NCBI GenBank assembly: GCA_041736175.1
Contig: JBGSUI010000042.1
Location: 1 to 39,765 of the forward strand
Direction of reading: 5' to 3'
Origin: Oligoflexales bacterium
Lineage (GTDB): Bacteria; Bdellovibrionota_B; Oligoflexia; Oligoflexales; CAIYRB01
Length of the DNA: 39,765 nucleotides
Below, piece by piece: positions 9,853 to 20,100 of the stretch. The position numbers and the translations under genes were made by a program. Each line of letters starts with the position of its first letter. Position 1 is the first letter of the stretch. The notes under the pieces are model-generated. The model saw only the letters and a list, made by a program, of their open reading frames with translations. It had not been told where the DNA came from and ran no database searches.

Positions 9853-10538
9853 GGCCCATCAGTCGATCGAGACTTTCAGTGATTAAAAAAAGAGAGGGTG
9901 AGCCCTGGATTTACTCCTATTCTGACCTTGTCACAAATTTGTTGGCTTTTTTTATGGTGCTTTTTATCTTAAAAACCTCCTCTAAAAAAACCCAAGACAC
10001 CCTCCAGGAGGGACTCAAGGAATATGCTGAAAAAGGTTTCCCCCTATCCAAAGTCGATAACTCTAAAAAAGACCTCATCCCTGATCACCGAGAGCTAAAG
10101 ACAATCATCGAAGACTATATTAAAAAAGAAAATCTGCAGAGTTCCATTAGCCTGGAAGAATCCAGAACCGGCCTAGCCCTCACTTTCCAAGGGGCACTCT
10201 TATTTGACTCTGGCACAGCCGCCATTAGATCTGAAGCCGAGACTATTTTAGGCCAAATCGGCGGACTTTTAACCAGACTTCCGGATCGCTATAGTTTTGA
10301 TGTGGAAGGGCACGCAGATTCGCGACCGATTTCGTCTGTAAACTTTCCCTCAAACTGGGAACTCTCGTCGGCCCGAGCTGGGAGCGTGGTGCGGTTTTTA
10401 AGCCAGTTTCCCCTAAGTCCCCAGAGGTTTCGCGCGATAGGTTATGGCGATACGCGGCTTTTAAGCCAATCTCCTGCCTTTGATTTAGCCCAGAGGCGGG
10501 TGGTTGTTAAAATAGACTCTTGGTTAAAGGAGCCCTAA
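9849..10538 (+). CDS. motB: MotB-family stator B subunit with OmpA-like peptidoglycan-binding domain
   Basis: WIYSYSDLVTNLLAFFMVLF TM with the essential Asp (D26); LFDSG.A, VEGHAD, NWELSSARA, GYGD, RRV motifs. Confidence 0.93.
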   Translation: MRPISRSRLSVIKKREGEPWIYSYSDLVTNLLAFFMVLFILKTSSKKTQDTLQEGLKEYAEKGFPLSKVDNSKKDLIPDHRELKTIIEDYIKKENLQSSISLEESRTGLALTFQGALLFDSGTAAIRSEAETILGQIGGLLTRLPDRYSFDVEGHADSRPISSVNFPSNWELSSARAGSVVRFLSQFPLSPQRFRAIGYGDTRLLSQSPAFDLAQRRVVVKIDSWLKEP

Positions 10539-10567
10539 ACAAAAATACTATTTATAAATTTAAAAAC

Positions 10568-12457
10568 ATGAAGAAGTTTTATTACATTTTGATAGCCCTT
10601 TTAATCTACTTAGGCTCTGGGGCAGTAGGTCTGGGAGCCCGCTTTCCCGAACAGGAACTACGCAGCCAACTTGACCGTCTCTTTTATGCCGAACAATACC
10701 TGCTCGATATCCGCGTCAGCCCCCTCAAAAACCCTGGTGGGACTCTGGCTACCCCAAACTCACCCCCTCTCCCCTTGCCTGGGCTGGCAATCGTCCCGCT
10801 TCCGACAGGGACGCCCGGCTCACATACATTGGGTGACCCTTCTAAAAGCCCCTACGACCTCCTCCTAGTCGTCGATACCAGCATCTCCCAAGCACGGCAA
10901 AACATCGCAGCTGAAGTCATTAAGAGACATCTAGAATCCTATGGGTTTGATAAGTCGACAAAGGTTGATATTAGACGCCAGCCAATCCTAAAAGTCGTCC
11001 CTAAGGACTTAGCTCCCCTCGCTTCAAGGGATCCCTTTCAAGGATCCGGATCCAAACCAGCGGAGCAAAAACCCGACCAGGACGGCAAGACACCTCCCAA
11101 TGGAGCCCAAGAGAAAACCCAAGACAACCAGAAACAAAATATCTATGACTTTATCGAGCATAAACGAGAACTCGCGACAAAAGTCTTGATAACCCTTTGG
11201 ACTGCTGGAGCATCCCTGATCGCCCTGTTTGCCTTCCTCCATCGCCCCCGAAAAAGCAATGGGGCCCCGCGAGAGGTTCCAAGTCCTGCTCATGGAGTCC
11301 AGGGTAATGGTCCATCCCCCCAAAAAGCCACACCCCAAGGCGGCACCAAAGCTGGGCTCTCCAAAGAAGACCTTTTTTCCAAAGACGAAGCCCTATTCAA
11401 GCAAGTCCAGGAAATGGTCCAAGAGGCGCAACAGGCCCCCCATAAAGTCGCTCATATCTTGACCCGCTGGGTCGAGGCTACGGACGAAAGATCACGGTAT
11501 GGCAGTATATTTTTAAAAAATTGTGATATCAAAACTACAGAAAGCATCTGTAAGAATCTCCATCCAAGCGATATTGAGAAACTCATTAGCCGCAGTATCA
11601 GTGATTTTGAACCCTTTTCTGATGATAATCGTCGGGCACTCGAACTCATGCGCAACGAGCTCGCGATGATGGCGGCCCAACAAAGTTTTAAGGAAAAATT
11701 AAATCCACTACCTTTTTTAAAGATTATTTCTGATGATGACCTCGCCAAACTCCTCGATGCAAGCTCCCTTAAAGAATTGGCCATGATCGCAACCTTGGTC
11801 CCCGCCCATCGCCTCACCAGGTTTTTTGAGACCCATCCCCAGATAACCTATAAGGATCTCCTCACATCCGTTGCTTTACTAGAGGACCTAGAGCCCCAAC
11901 ATTTTGTTCCTTTACAACTTAGACTCGAAGAAAAACTCCAAAAAATATCCTCTATCGTTGTGACCAAAGACCAGAAAGTCAACTCGATCAAACAACTCAT
12001 CATTTCGATCAAAGACCCGAAAATCCAGTCCGAAGCCGCCCGAAGTACCTTTGTCAATCAGACAAAGCTCTTTGAAGACATAAGACCCTCGCTTATCTTA
12101 TTTGAAGATCTCATAAACCTTTCTCAAAGAGCGGCCAAAGTTCTCTTTCAGTCGATCGACGGCGAAGCCCTAGGGATCGCCTGGAGTGGCCTATCGATCG
12201 ATGCCAATTTCATTGCAAGCTTGCTCCCTGAAGCCATTAGAGAAACTTTTTTGCAGACTACCGCCCTCACGCCTGAGCATGTCGATCAATGTAATGCATG
12301 GCAAAGAGTTCTCACTCATTTTGAAGATCTCAAAGCGAGCGGTTTGATCTCCTCAAGCGAGATTCGCCTGGCCCAGCAAAAAACCGACCTAAGCTGGAGC
12401 ACCTCACTCAGCCAAATCCCTGACGACAAAGGGGGTCCACGTCGTGAAGCTGCTTAG
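10568..12457 (+). CDS. FliF-like/FliG-like fusion protein (signal or TM, ring-building-motif-like domain, TM, FliF C-helix, FliG N/M/C-like domains)
   Basis: LLLVVD...VIKRHLESYGFDKSTKVDI resembles FliF RBM3; EAQQAPHKVAHILTRW resembles the FliF C-terminal helix; SIFLKNC...ICKNLHPSDIEKL (FliG-N), PFLKIISDDDLAKLL...ELAMIATLVP (FliG-M), LILFEDLINLSQRAAKVLFQSIDGEALGIA (FliG-C). ATG 10568 preferred. Confidence 0.7.
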   Translation: MKKFYYILIALLIYLGSGAVGLGARFPEQELRSQLDRLFYAEQYLLDIRVSPLKNPGGTLATPNSPPLPLPGLAIVPLPTGTPGSHTLGDPSKSPYDLLLVVDTSISQARQNIAAEVIKRHLESYGFDKSTKVDIRRQPILKVVPKDLAPLASRDPFQGSGSKPAEQKPDQDGKTPPNGAQEKTQDNQKQNIYDFIEHKRELATKVLITLWTAGASLIALFAFLHRPRKSNGAPREVPSPAHGVQGNGPSPQKATPQGGTKAGLSKEDLFSKDEALFKQVQEMVQEAQQAPHKVAHILTRWVEATDERSRYGSIFLKNCDIKTTESICKNLHPSDIEKLISRSISDFEPFSDDNRRALELMRNELAMMAAQQSFKEKLNPLPFLKIISDDDLAKLLDASSLKELAMIATLVPAHRLTRFFETHPQITYKDLLTSVALLEDLEPQHFVPLQLRLEEKLQKISSIVVTKDQKVNSIKQLIISIKDPKIQSEAARSTFVNQTKLFEDIRPSLILFEDLINLSQRAAKVLFQSIDGEALGIAWSGLSIDANFIASLLPEAIRETFLQTTALTPEHVDQCNAWQRVLTHFEDLKASGLISSSEIRLAQQKTDLSWSTSLSQIPDDKGGPRREAA

Positions 12458-13076
12458 ACCCCATTGGATTCGACTACTAGGGATTTGTGTGACTGTATCT
12501 CTCCCACCCTATGCCAGTCCCTATGCCTTTGCGGATATTAAACCAAAATCTGTTTTTGGATCTGGAGGCGCCGAAAATATCAATATCTACAGCAAATCTT
12601 ATAAAACAGTGACATCCACAAGACCAGCCATGACCCTCGGGCTGGACATAGCCCTTAACCAGCGTTGGTCCATCGCCATTCGAACCCTATCGACCCAAGA
12701 CGACTCCCTCGGCGGGACCCGCTTAGGTTTTACAGCTCATTTCAATACTCAAAAGTCGATTCTAACGCCCCCAAATGTAGACGAGTCGAGTTATACCGTC
12801 TCAGCGATCCCCAATTGGAGTTTTGATGTCAGCAGCGGATTCGGCCGTTGGGTACTCACCCAGGATCTGGAGACTACACTGCCATTTGTCCCCGAAAATC
12901 TCAAAAAAGTGCCCGTCAAAGCTCCTATCTATGGCCTTTACCTAGGCGGACTCGTCGAATACCACTGGAGTGAATCCTGGGGATTTTTTGGAGAGTATAC
13001 CTTTATGTATGCCACTGGGAGCCAACTCAACCTTATCGGCCACTACCTGGGCCTTGGAGCCCGTCTCTGGCTCTAA
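12444..13076 (+). CDS. Small outer-membrane beta-barrel protein (about 8 strands)
   Basis: Signal peptide (…YAFA), amphipathic strands, C-terminal HYLGLGARLWL; overlaps the preceding gene. Confidence 0.7.
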   Translation: MKLLRPHWIRLLGICVTVSLPPYASPYAFADIKPKSVFGSGGAENINIYSKSYKTVTSTRPAMTLGLDIALNQRWSIAIRTLSTQDDSLGGTRLGFTAHFNTQKSILTPPNVDESSYTVSAIPNWSFDVSSGFGRWVLTQDLETTLPFVPENLKKVPVKAPIYGLYLGGLVEYHWSESWGFFGEYTFMYATGSQLNLIGHYLGLGARLWL

Positions 13077-13088
13077 AAAATGCGCACT

Positions 13089-13913
13089 TTAGGGTATGGC
13101 GATATCCCGGCCTCGGCTCCCGTCTTGGACCCGTCGGGCAACCCTTGGCAACTTCACTGGTGGCAGGCGAATCACACTGGGAGTCTCCCCAGCAGCGCCC
13201 ATAAAGAACTCGATGGTAAATTCAAGGTCCTCTGGAAATTTCTGGGTCTTAAAGACAATATTTTTGCTCAGACGGTACCTAAAGCGGTAAAACTGGCCAT
13301 CCTGATGCAGCCGACTTGGGTTGAAACCATCCTTTTCAAGACTGGTAGAGCCTCCGACCGTTGCCACTAAACCATCTACCTTCGTCTTTAGGACTCCCCC
13401 GATTCGACCTTCAAGTTCTCGACCAGGGTCATTGTTTCTCATAACAAACCGAGCTTCCACTCCTTCCGGGACTCGCCTCACCTGTAGGTCATCGATCGTC
13501 ACTTCGGTGTTTACAGCAAGCTCTTCCCTGACTTCCTTGACCTCATTGGCTTCATTAACGGCCGGATTTTGAACCGTCCTAATCTCTTCAATTACTTTAG
13601 AGGGCGATGTGGATGCCACTGGCTCGGCTTCGAGTTTACCTGGAATGGTCGTCCGCAGAGACTCTTCAGTCACGCGAAACGGTTTGGATTCAGTTGAGTG
13701 TTGGCCAAGTTCCTGAGAACCTGGTTCGTTTTTTCTAGGTGCCGAAGCCGTGCGAATCCTGCGGTCTAGGGCTTCAACGCGTTGTTTTATTTGTTTAACT
13801 TCCATCGCAAGCAGGACAACACCCCCTAAAGTCCAAAAAACACCGATACTTAACCAATAGTTTTTCAGTGATAAACCGGAATGACTGCCATTTTCGCTGG
13901 ATTTTGATTTCAT
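13089..13913 (-). CDS. Hypothetical membrane-anchored protein (TM, coiled coil, linker, beta-rich domain)
   Basis: One TM, QIKQRVEALDRRI coil, charged linker; C-terminal domain similar to 5336..6085. Start could be 13967 or 13913. Confidence 0.7.
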   Translation of the reverse strand: MKSKSSENGSHSGLSLKNYWLSIGVFWTLGGVVLLAMEVKQIKQRVEALDRRIRTASAPRKNEPGSQELGQHSTESKPFRVTEESLRTTIPGKLEAEPVASTSPSKVIEEIRTVQNPAVNEANEVKEVREELAVNTEVTIDDLQVRRVPEGVEARFVMRNNDPGRELEGRIGGVLKTKVDGLVATVGGSTSLEKDGFNPSRLHQDGQFYRFRYRLSKNIVFKTQKFPEDLEFTIEFFMGAAGETPSVIRLPPVKLPRVARRVQDGSRGRDIAIP

Positions 13914-14074
13914 AAAAACCCTATACCTCAGATCTAATTTTAAAATATACCTTAGTTTATCACCCATTCTCCAAAAACCAGGGAGGCAAGTTTTGCACCT
14001 GGCGTCTATTTGACCAAAATTAAGTCACCAACCTTATGAAATTTAGAGATAAAAATGTATGTCTTAATTAATAC

Positions 14075-14101
14075 TTAATTTTGAAAACGATTTGCCGATG
14101 T
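14075..14101 (+). promoter_or_regulatory. Sigma28 (FliA)-like promoter
   Basis: TTAA-N15-GCCGATGT, 58 nt upstream of the giant lipoprotein ATG (GGAG RBS). Confidence 0.55.
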
Positions 14102-14158
14102 TGTTTGTGAAGTTCAAAGTTCCCAACCTGTCACAAGGTTTTTAATGGAGTCGAAATT

Positions 14159-17100
14159 ATGAAAAATCTTACTCAAAAAATCCTGATAAACACAATAATG
14201 TATATCTCAGGAACGATTTTTACCTATGGATGTGGCGATGTGGCCACCATCTCAGACCAGGCCGCTTTGACGAGTGCCAACTACAAACCTGTAGACTTTT
14301 CCGGTGATACCCTGCTATCAGTCACGGTCAATCTACCATATAAAGAGATCTTGAAAACAGTGGGGGGACTCCCTCCTCTGACCTTTAAATTGACCAAAGG
14401 GATTCTTCCCGTCGGTCTAACTATGGATACGGCCTCTGGGATTATTTCCGGAACAGTCGCCGACAGCGAAGTCAACAAGGAGTTTTCATTTACAGTATCG
14501 GTTCTCGATAGTAACGGTGTCAGTGACGAGCAAATTTATTCCATTAAAGTATCTCCCTATACGTTTGTAGTGACTCCCGTTGACTTGCCGCTTTTGGTTA
14601 CAAACCAACCCTATCAAGTCACCCTCCTAGGGATCGGTGCCATAAAGCCGGTCAAATGGCAAATCGTTGGAGATGCTCCAGCCGGTACTGCTCTCGACCC
14701 CAACACGGGGATTCTCACCATCGATTCTGCGGCGATCACCCTGGCTAAAGGTACGGACCTCGTCAAAGACGGCCTCAAGTTAACAGTTAAATCCTCGGAC
14801 AAAAATGGAGTGGAAGTTACAAAGCCCTATATCATTAGTGTCGCCGAAACCGGGTACCTAGCTCCAAGTCTCTTAGATAAGGAGCTTTTGAATGTAGCTA
14901 CCGATGTGGCCTATAAAGAAGTGATTCCAATCAAAGGCGGTGCAGCACCGTTAACCTTCAAACTGATTAAGGGAGATCTCCCTAAAGGGATCATCCTCGA
15001 CGAAACGAGTGGGGTCCTCAGTGGAAAAGTTCTATCGACATCTCTAGGCAACAAACAATCTGTCTTTAATATCCAAGTCACGGATGCCTATGGCAAGACT
15101 GACGAAAAGGTATACACCTTAAGTATCGTCCCCTATACTTTGACAGTCGTTCCCCAAGAGCTCCCCCAAATCACGCCGATGATACCTTTCGCTATAAAGT
15201 TGGGAGCTATTGGCGGTGTAAAACCGATCACTTTTTCAATAGTCGGCGATCTGCCAGCCCGGCTTAAATTAGCTGCTGACGGAACCCTTTCCACCACCGC
15301 ACCCTATCTTGCCTTGAGCACTGCGAACAGTGAATGGCCTGTAGATATCACCGCAACGGATGCCCAGGGTGTTGTCGGCAAAAGCAAACTCACCATAAAG
15401 GTCGGTGCTAGCCCGGCCAATAGTTCCCCACTCGCGCTCCAAAACACAACCCTTGCCACCATGGTTGCAGGAGCCGAATATAATGCTGGCGTGATTGCAA
15501 CAGGGGGTGTGGCTCCCCTTAAGTTTCAAATTATTTCCGGATCGCTCCCTCTCGGTCTTAGCCTTGATGCAGCAACAGGGATGATCACAGGGACATTAGG
15601 GATCACGGCAGGAAATAGTCTCTATGCGGCAATCATCAAAGTCACCGACGCCATCGGCGAAACCCTCTCCCAATCCTACTCTGGTACGGTGACGATGGGA
15701 TCAAGTCCCCTCTCGATCACGACCACCTCGATGCCCTCGCCTAGCGCTGGCTCCAACTACGCAGCAGTGGTTTCTGTGACGGGGGGCAAAACACCTTATA
15801 ATTTTACCATCACCTCGGGAACCCTCCCCAGTGGTTTATCACTCAACTCCTCTGCCGGTACAATCACCGGTATTCCGACCTATGCAACCGCTGGGACAGC
15901 TTTTGTGTTTACCATCACCGTCATGGACGCTACCAATCAAACAGCATCTAAACCATTTTCTGGCACCATCGGCTCAAGCTCGGCCTCATTAGCAATCCAA
16001 ACTCCCTCAATCGTCGCGCCAACAGCCGGAAACGCCTACCTACAACTTATAGCCGCGACAGGAGGTCTGCCTCCCTACACCTTTGCCATATCCTCTGGAT
16101 CTCTACCTTCTGGTCTCGCCATCAACTCCTCCTCTGGGATGATCTCAGGCACAGTCGCCTACTCAGCCCGTAACAACCCCTATTTGTTTTCGGTGATGGT
16201 TTCCGATTCCAATGCAAATTCTGCGGTCCAAGCCTATACGGGATTTGTAGGGAATTACACCATCAGCCTGCTGCCTTCCTCCCTCACAACGGCGACTCCA
16301 GGAGCATACTACACCTCCACCGTGATCACAGCAGGAGGCCAGGCACCTTATGTTTATAGTTTAACTTCGGGCACCTTGCCCACGGGTCTAGGATTTAATA
16401 CAACCACCGGCGAAATATCCGGGACCGTTGCCGATGCCGAGGCGGGGCTAACCAAAACATTTACCATCACAACCACCGATACCAATGGTGCGACCACAAA
16501 CCGGGCATATTCTCTAGCCACGGCTTCCTTTGCGATCACACTCTCTACGGGGAGTCTCGCCGCTGCGACCGAAGGCCAAGCCTACTCCAATGGTGGCCAA
16601 AACTTAACTGCTTCCGGTGGTACCACACCCTATACCTACGAGTATTCCGGCAACCTCCCCTCTGGGATTGGTTTGACCAGTGCTGGTGTTTTCTTTGGCA
16701 CACCAGCCTACGGCCAGGGAGCTCTCGCTGGGGGGACCAACTACACAATCCAAATCAGGGTCCGTGACGCCCAAAATCGGGTGAGCCAAGCCAACTCTAA
16801 GACCATCAACGTCGGCGTCAGCCTCCCCGTCGTCGGCAGCGACACGCCAAACGTAGGTGTTTTAGGGACTGCCTACAGTTATACGCTTTCATCCACGGGA
16901 GGTCGTCCTACTTATACCTACAGTCTTGTCTCTGGGAGCTTACCAACGGGATTAAGTCTGTCGACGGCTGGAGTGATTTCAGGGACACCAACAGCAGCCA
17001 CAGCCTGCCCTGCTGGCCAATTTACGGTGCGATCCACTGATTCGTTGGCACAAAATTCTGCTAACTCGGTCAAATGCATTGCCACAGTCACAGGAGTAAA

Positions 17101-20100
17101 CATCACCAACACCTCGTTCCCCACGGTCGTAACAGGAGTCAACTATTCTGGTACGGTCACCACCATAGGTGGGACTACTCCCTATTCCTATAGTTCCTCG
17201 GGTCTACCGACAGGAGTTTCCTTAAACTCCACCACAGGTGCCCTCTCTGGGTTTGTAAACGCGGCTACGGGCGACTATACTGTTTATCTTACAGCGACCG
17301 ACAGCTCCAGCCCAACTCTTTCAACAACACAGGTTTTTGTTTTTAAAGTGAGGGACCCACTCTCGATCACGACAACGACCGTCAACCGTGCTGGCTCCGG
17401 AATCGCCTACAGTCCCGTCACCCTTGTGGCGACGGGTGGAGAGACGCCCTATACTTTTTCCATTAATTCAGGAGCCCTTCCCAGTGGTCTATCTTTAAGC
17501 AGCTCCGGAATTATCTCTGGAACCCCCGCAGCAAACTCCAGTGCTGGAAACGGTACCTACACCTTTAGCGTTATCGTCCGCGACTCTGCGGGCCTCACTT
17601 CAGCGGTCCAGTCCTATACCCTTTACGTCACCCGAGGGCCAAAGATCACCACCCGTAGAATGCCGACGGCCGTCGTGGGCCGTGCTTTTGCCTACGATAT
17701 TGAGTTTACCGGAGGGGTCAATCAGTTTATCAGCACAGCCAATTTGGCGAGCCGACTGACCTGGGGGGCCACAGGTTTACCATCTGGCCTCAGCATAAAC
17801 GCCGCCACCGGCCGCATCAGCGGGACCCCTGCGGGTGGCTCCGAAACCAGCTCCCCCTACACTGTTACCCTTAGCCTTAGCGACCAACATGGTATCACCG
17901 CAACCAAAAGCGTCCCTATGGAAATTCGAACCGCTGGCCTGACTTTTGATGCTGATCTGCCTCGGATGAACGAACCCTGTCCCACAAGCTCCATTGCAAA
18001 CTGCGAAACCATCGCCCATGCCGTGGGTGCTCTTGTTTCGGGAACACCAAACACTAAGTACATGGTCTATGGCGCTCTCACCGCAGGTACCACAGCGGCT
18101 CCAACGACATCAGTCATCTATATCGCCCGCATTGATAGCCAAGGCCAAGTCGCTACTCCGGGCACCAGTAATCTTACAGTCACCTACACTCCTTCGTCCG
18201 TGGGTTGGATCACTGGACTTGACCTTGGAGATATCGATAACGATGGATTTACGGACATCGTCTACAGTGACCGCTCCAATAACAAAATTGTCGTGGTTTG
18301 GAACGACGGCACCACGGATGCTAACGGAATGCCAGTGTTTTCAAGCCAAAATACTTTTAACATGCCAGCCAGCGGCGCCCGCCCCATGATGGTGAAAGTT
18401 CGCCAGCTTCGCCCCGATACCACCAACTCTAACAAAAAAGACCTTATCGTCGCCGACTATGACCTTCTTACGCCTGCTACAGCGGCCAGATTGGTGGTTT
18501 TTCTCGCGCAAAACAGCTGTTCTACTAACTGCTCGGGTTCACGCTCAACAGTTTACACCGGCACCGGGGCGTCTATCACTGCCTATAATACAACCTTGAT
18601 TACTCCTGCAGTTGGACTAGGCTATATCGGCGGATTAGACATCGGTTATTTTAACACCGCACCAGGAACGGGTGTTTGCCCAAGCATCGCCATCACCGGT
18701 CGGAGAATTTCGGGCGCTAACACCGATCATATATTTTTAAGGCACCAAGCTTATGCAAGCAGTGTTTGCAACGGCAACTTCGGCACCCACGCCACATCTG
18801 ACGAAGGACTCGTCTCCAGCAACAACAACATTCCCTCCCACCCCGCCATCGCTGACTTTAACAATGACGGCATCTCCGATATCGCCGTTGTCTTACGCTG
18901 GACGACGATTGCCAACTCCGCCGCCGTCAAGGTGTTTATGATGCCCGGTGGCAATGTCTTTCCCGGTGCGGCCCTAACACCACTGTTGCCTTACACCACA
19001 GGGACAACTTATGTGGGAGGATCAGTTGTACCGTACTGTACCGATGGCTCCACGACCTGCAGCTTTCCGGGACTCCTTGTGGCCGGTGGCAGGGACCGGG
19101 GGATGGTGATCACTGCTGGTACAGCAACTTCACATGGATTTTTGAGCTTTATCCCCAACTATGGAGCCTCTCCCTGGTTTGAAGACAACACCGGCAACAA
19201 CCGGATCGACTACGAGGGATTGCCTGGGATCGGTGTCAACGGACTCACGGCGACACCAATTGTCACCAGTAATAAAAACGATATTGCATTTATGGGCGTC
19301 GACAATAACGCCTATCCCTATTACTTCATGGCGCCGCGTAATGGGTCTTCGACCACAGATCCTCTCAAGTTAAAGCGTATGGCCCTTTCCGTACCCACTT
19401 ACCTTGCAAATAGCGCCTCAGTCGGAACCATAAAACTGCTGGACGTCAATCAAGATGGCAACCTGGATTTGATCAGTCATTTGGTGAACGCCTCTGCGAT
19501 CTCCATTACTTCAGGGAACCTGACGACAAACGTGCCTGGATCTATACCCGAGCCGACCTCAAATCCTATAGGCAGCAACTTTGGTCTGCCAAACACTTAC
19601 CACTACCAGTCCTCCATGGATTCTGGAGATTTCAACGAAGATGGTTACCCTGACTTTGCTACGGTCGGCAATGCCAGTCGCGTAGTCACAGTTAACTTTG
19701 GTGATGGGACAACGACCGTGGGTAACAGTGTTATGTTGGAGCCAGGGATCAGCGGTGACCTTTATCCTCGGGTGATCAATGTGAAAGACTACGACAATGA
19801 CGGTCATGACGATATAATTATTTACAATCTAAACAACACCACGAACCAATATTCAATGGGCTATTTTAAGGGAAATGGCAATGGCACCTTTGCCGCCGCC
19901 CAGGAGTTTAATCTAGCGAATGCCGTCTGTGGCGATGTCCGGACCATGGTCTCAAAAGACCTTAATGGGGACGGTCGTCCTGAGATTGCCATCTTATGTG
20001 CGGGCAACCAGGCTCTTTGGATTTTGAGACGACACGCAGATGTGGGAGGGACCTGGGTCAAAAATAGCGGTGGTACTGTCAACTCAGTCACAGCAGGCAC

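Noticed and set aside
8983..10538. Zorya (ZorAB) anti-phage system
   Set aside because: MotA is 289 aa with flagellar-type motifs and no long ZorA tail; no ZorC/D/E-like helicase or nuclease is adjacent.
8983..10538. ExbBD/TolQR or AglRQS gliding motor
   Set aside because: The B subunit has an OmpA-like PG-binding domain and the W...Y.D TM of MotB, not an ExbD/TolR domain.
8345..13076. Ordinary flagellar gene cluster
   Set aside because: No rod, hook, export, FliM/N or flagellin genes in the window, and the FliG-like region is fused behind a TM protein.
14159..17935. DNA tandem repeat or CRISPR array
   Set aside because: Repeats are diverged and only visible at protein level; no repeat-spacer array or cas gene seen anywhere in the window.
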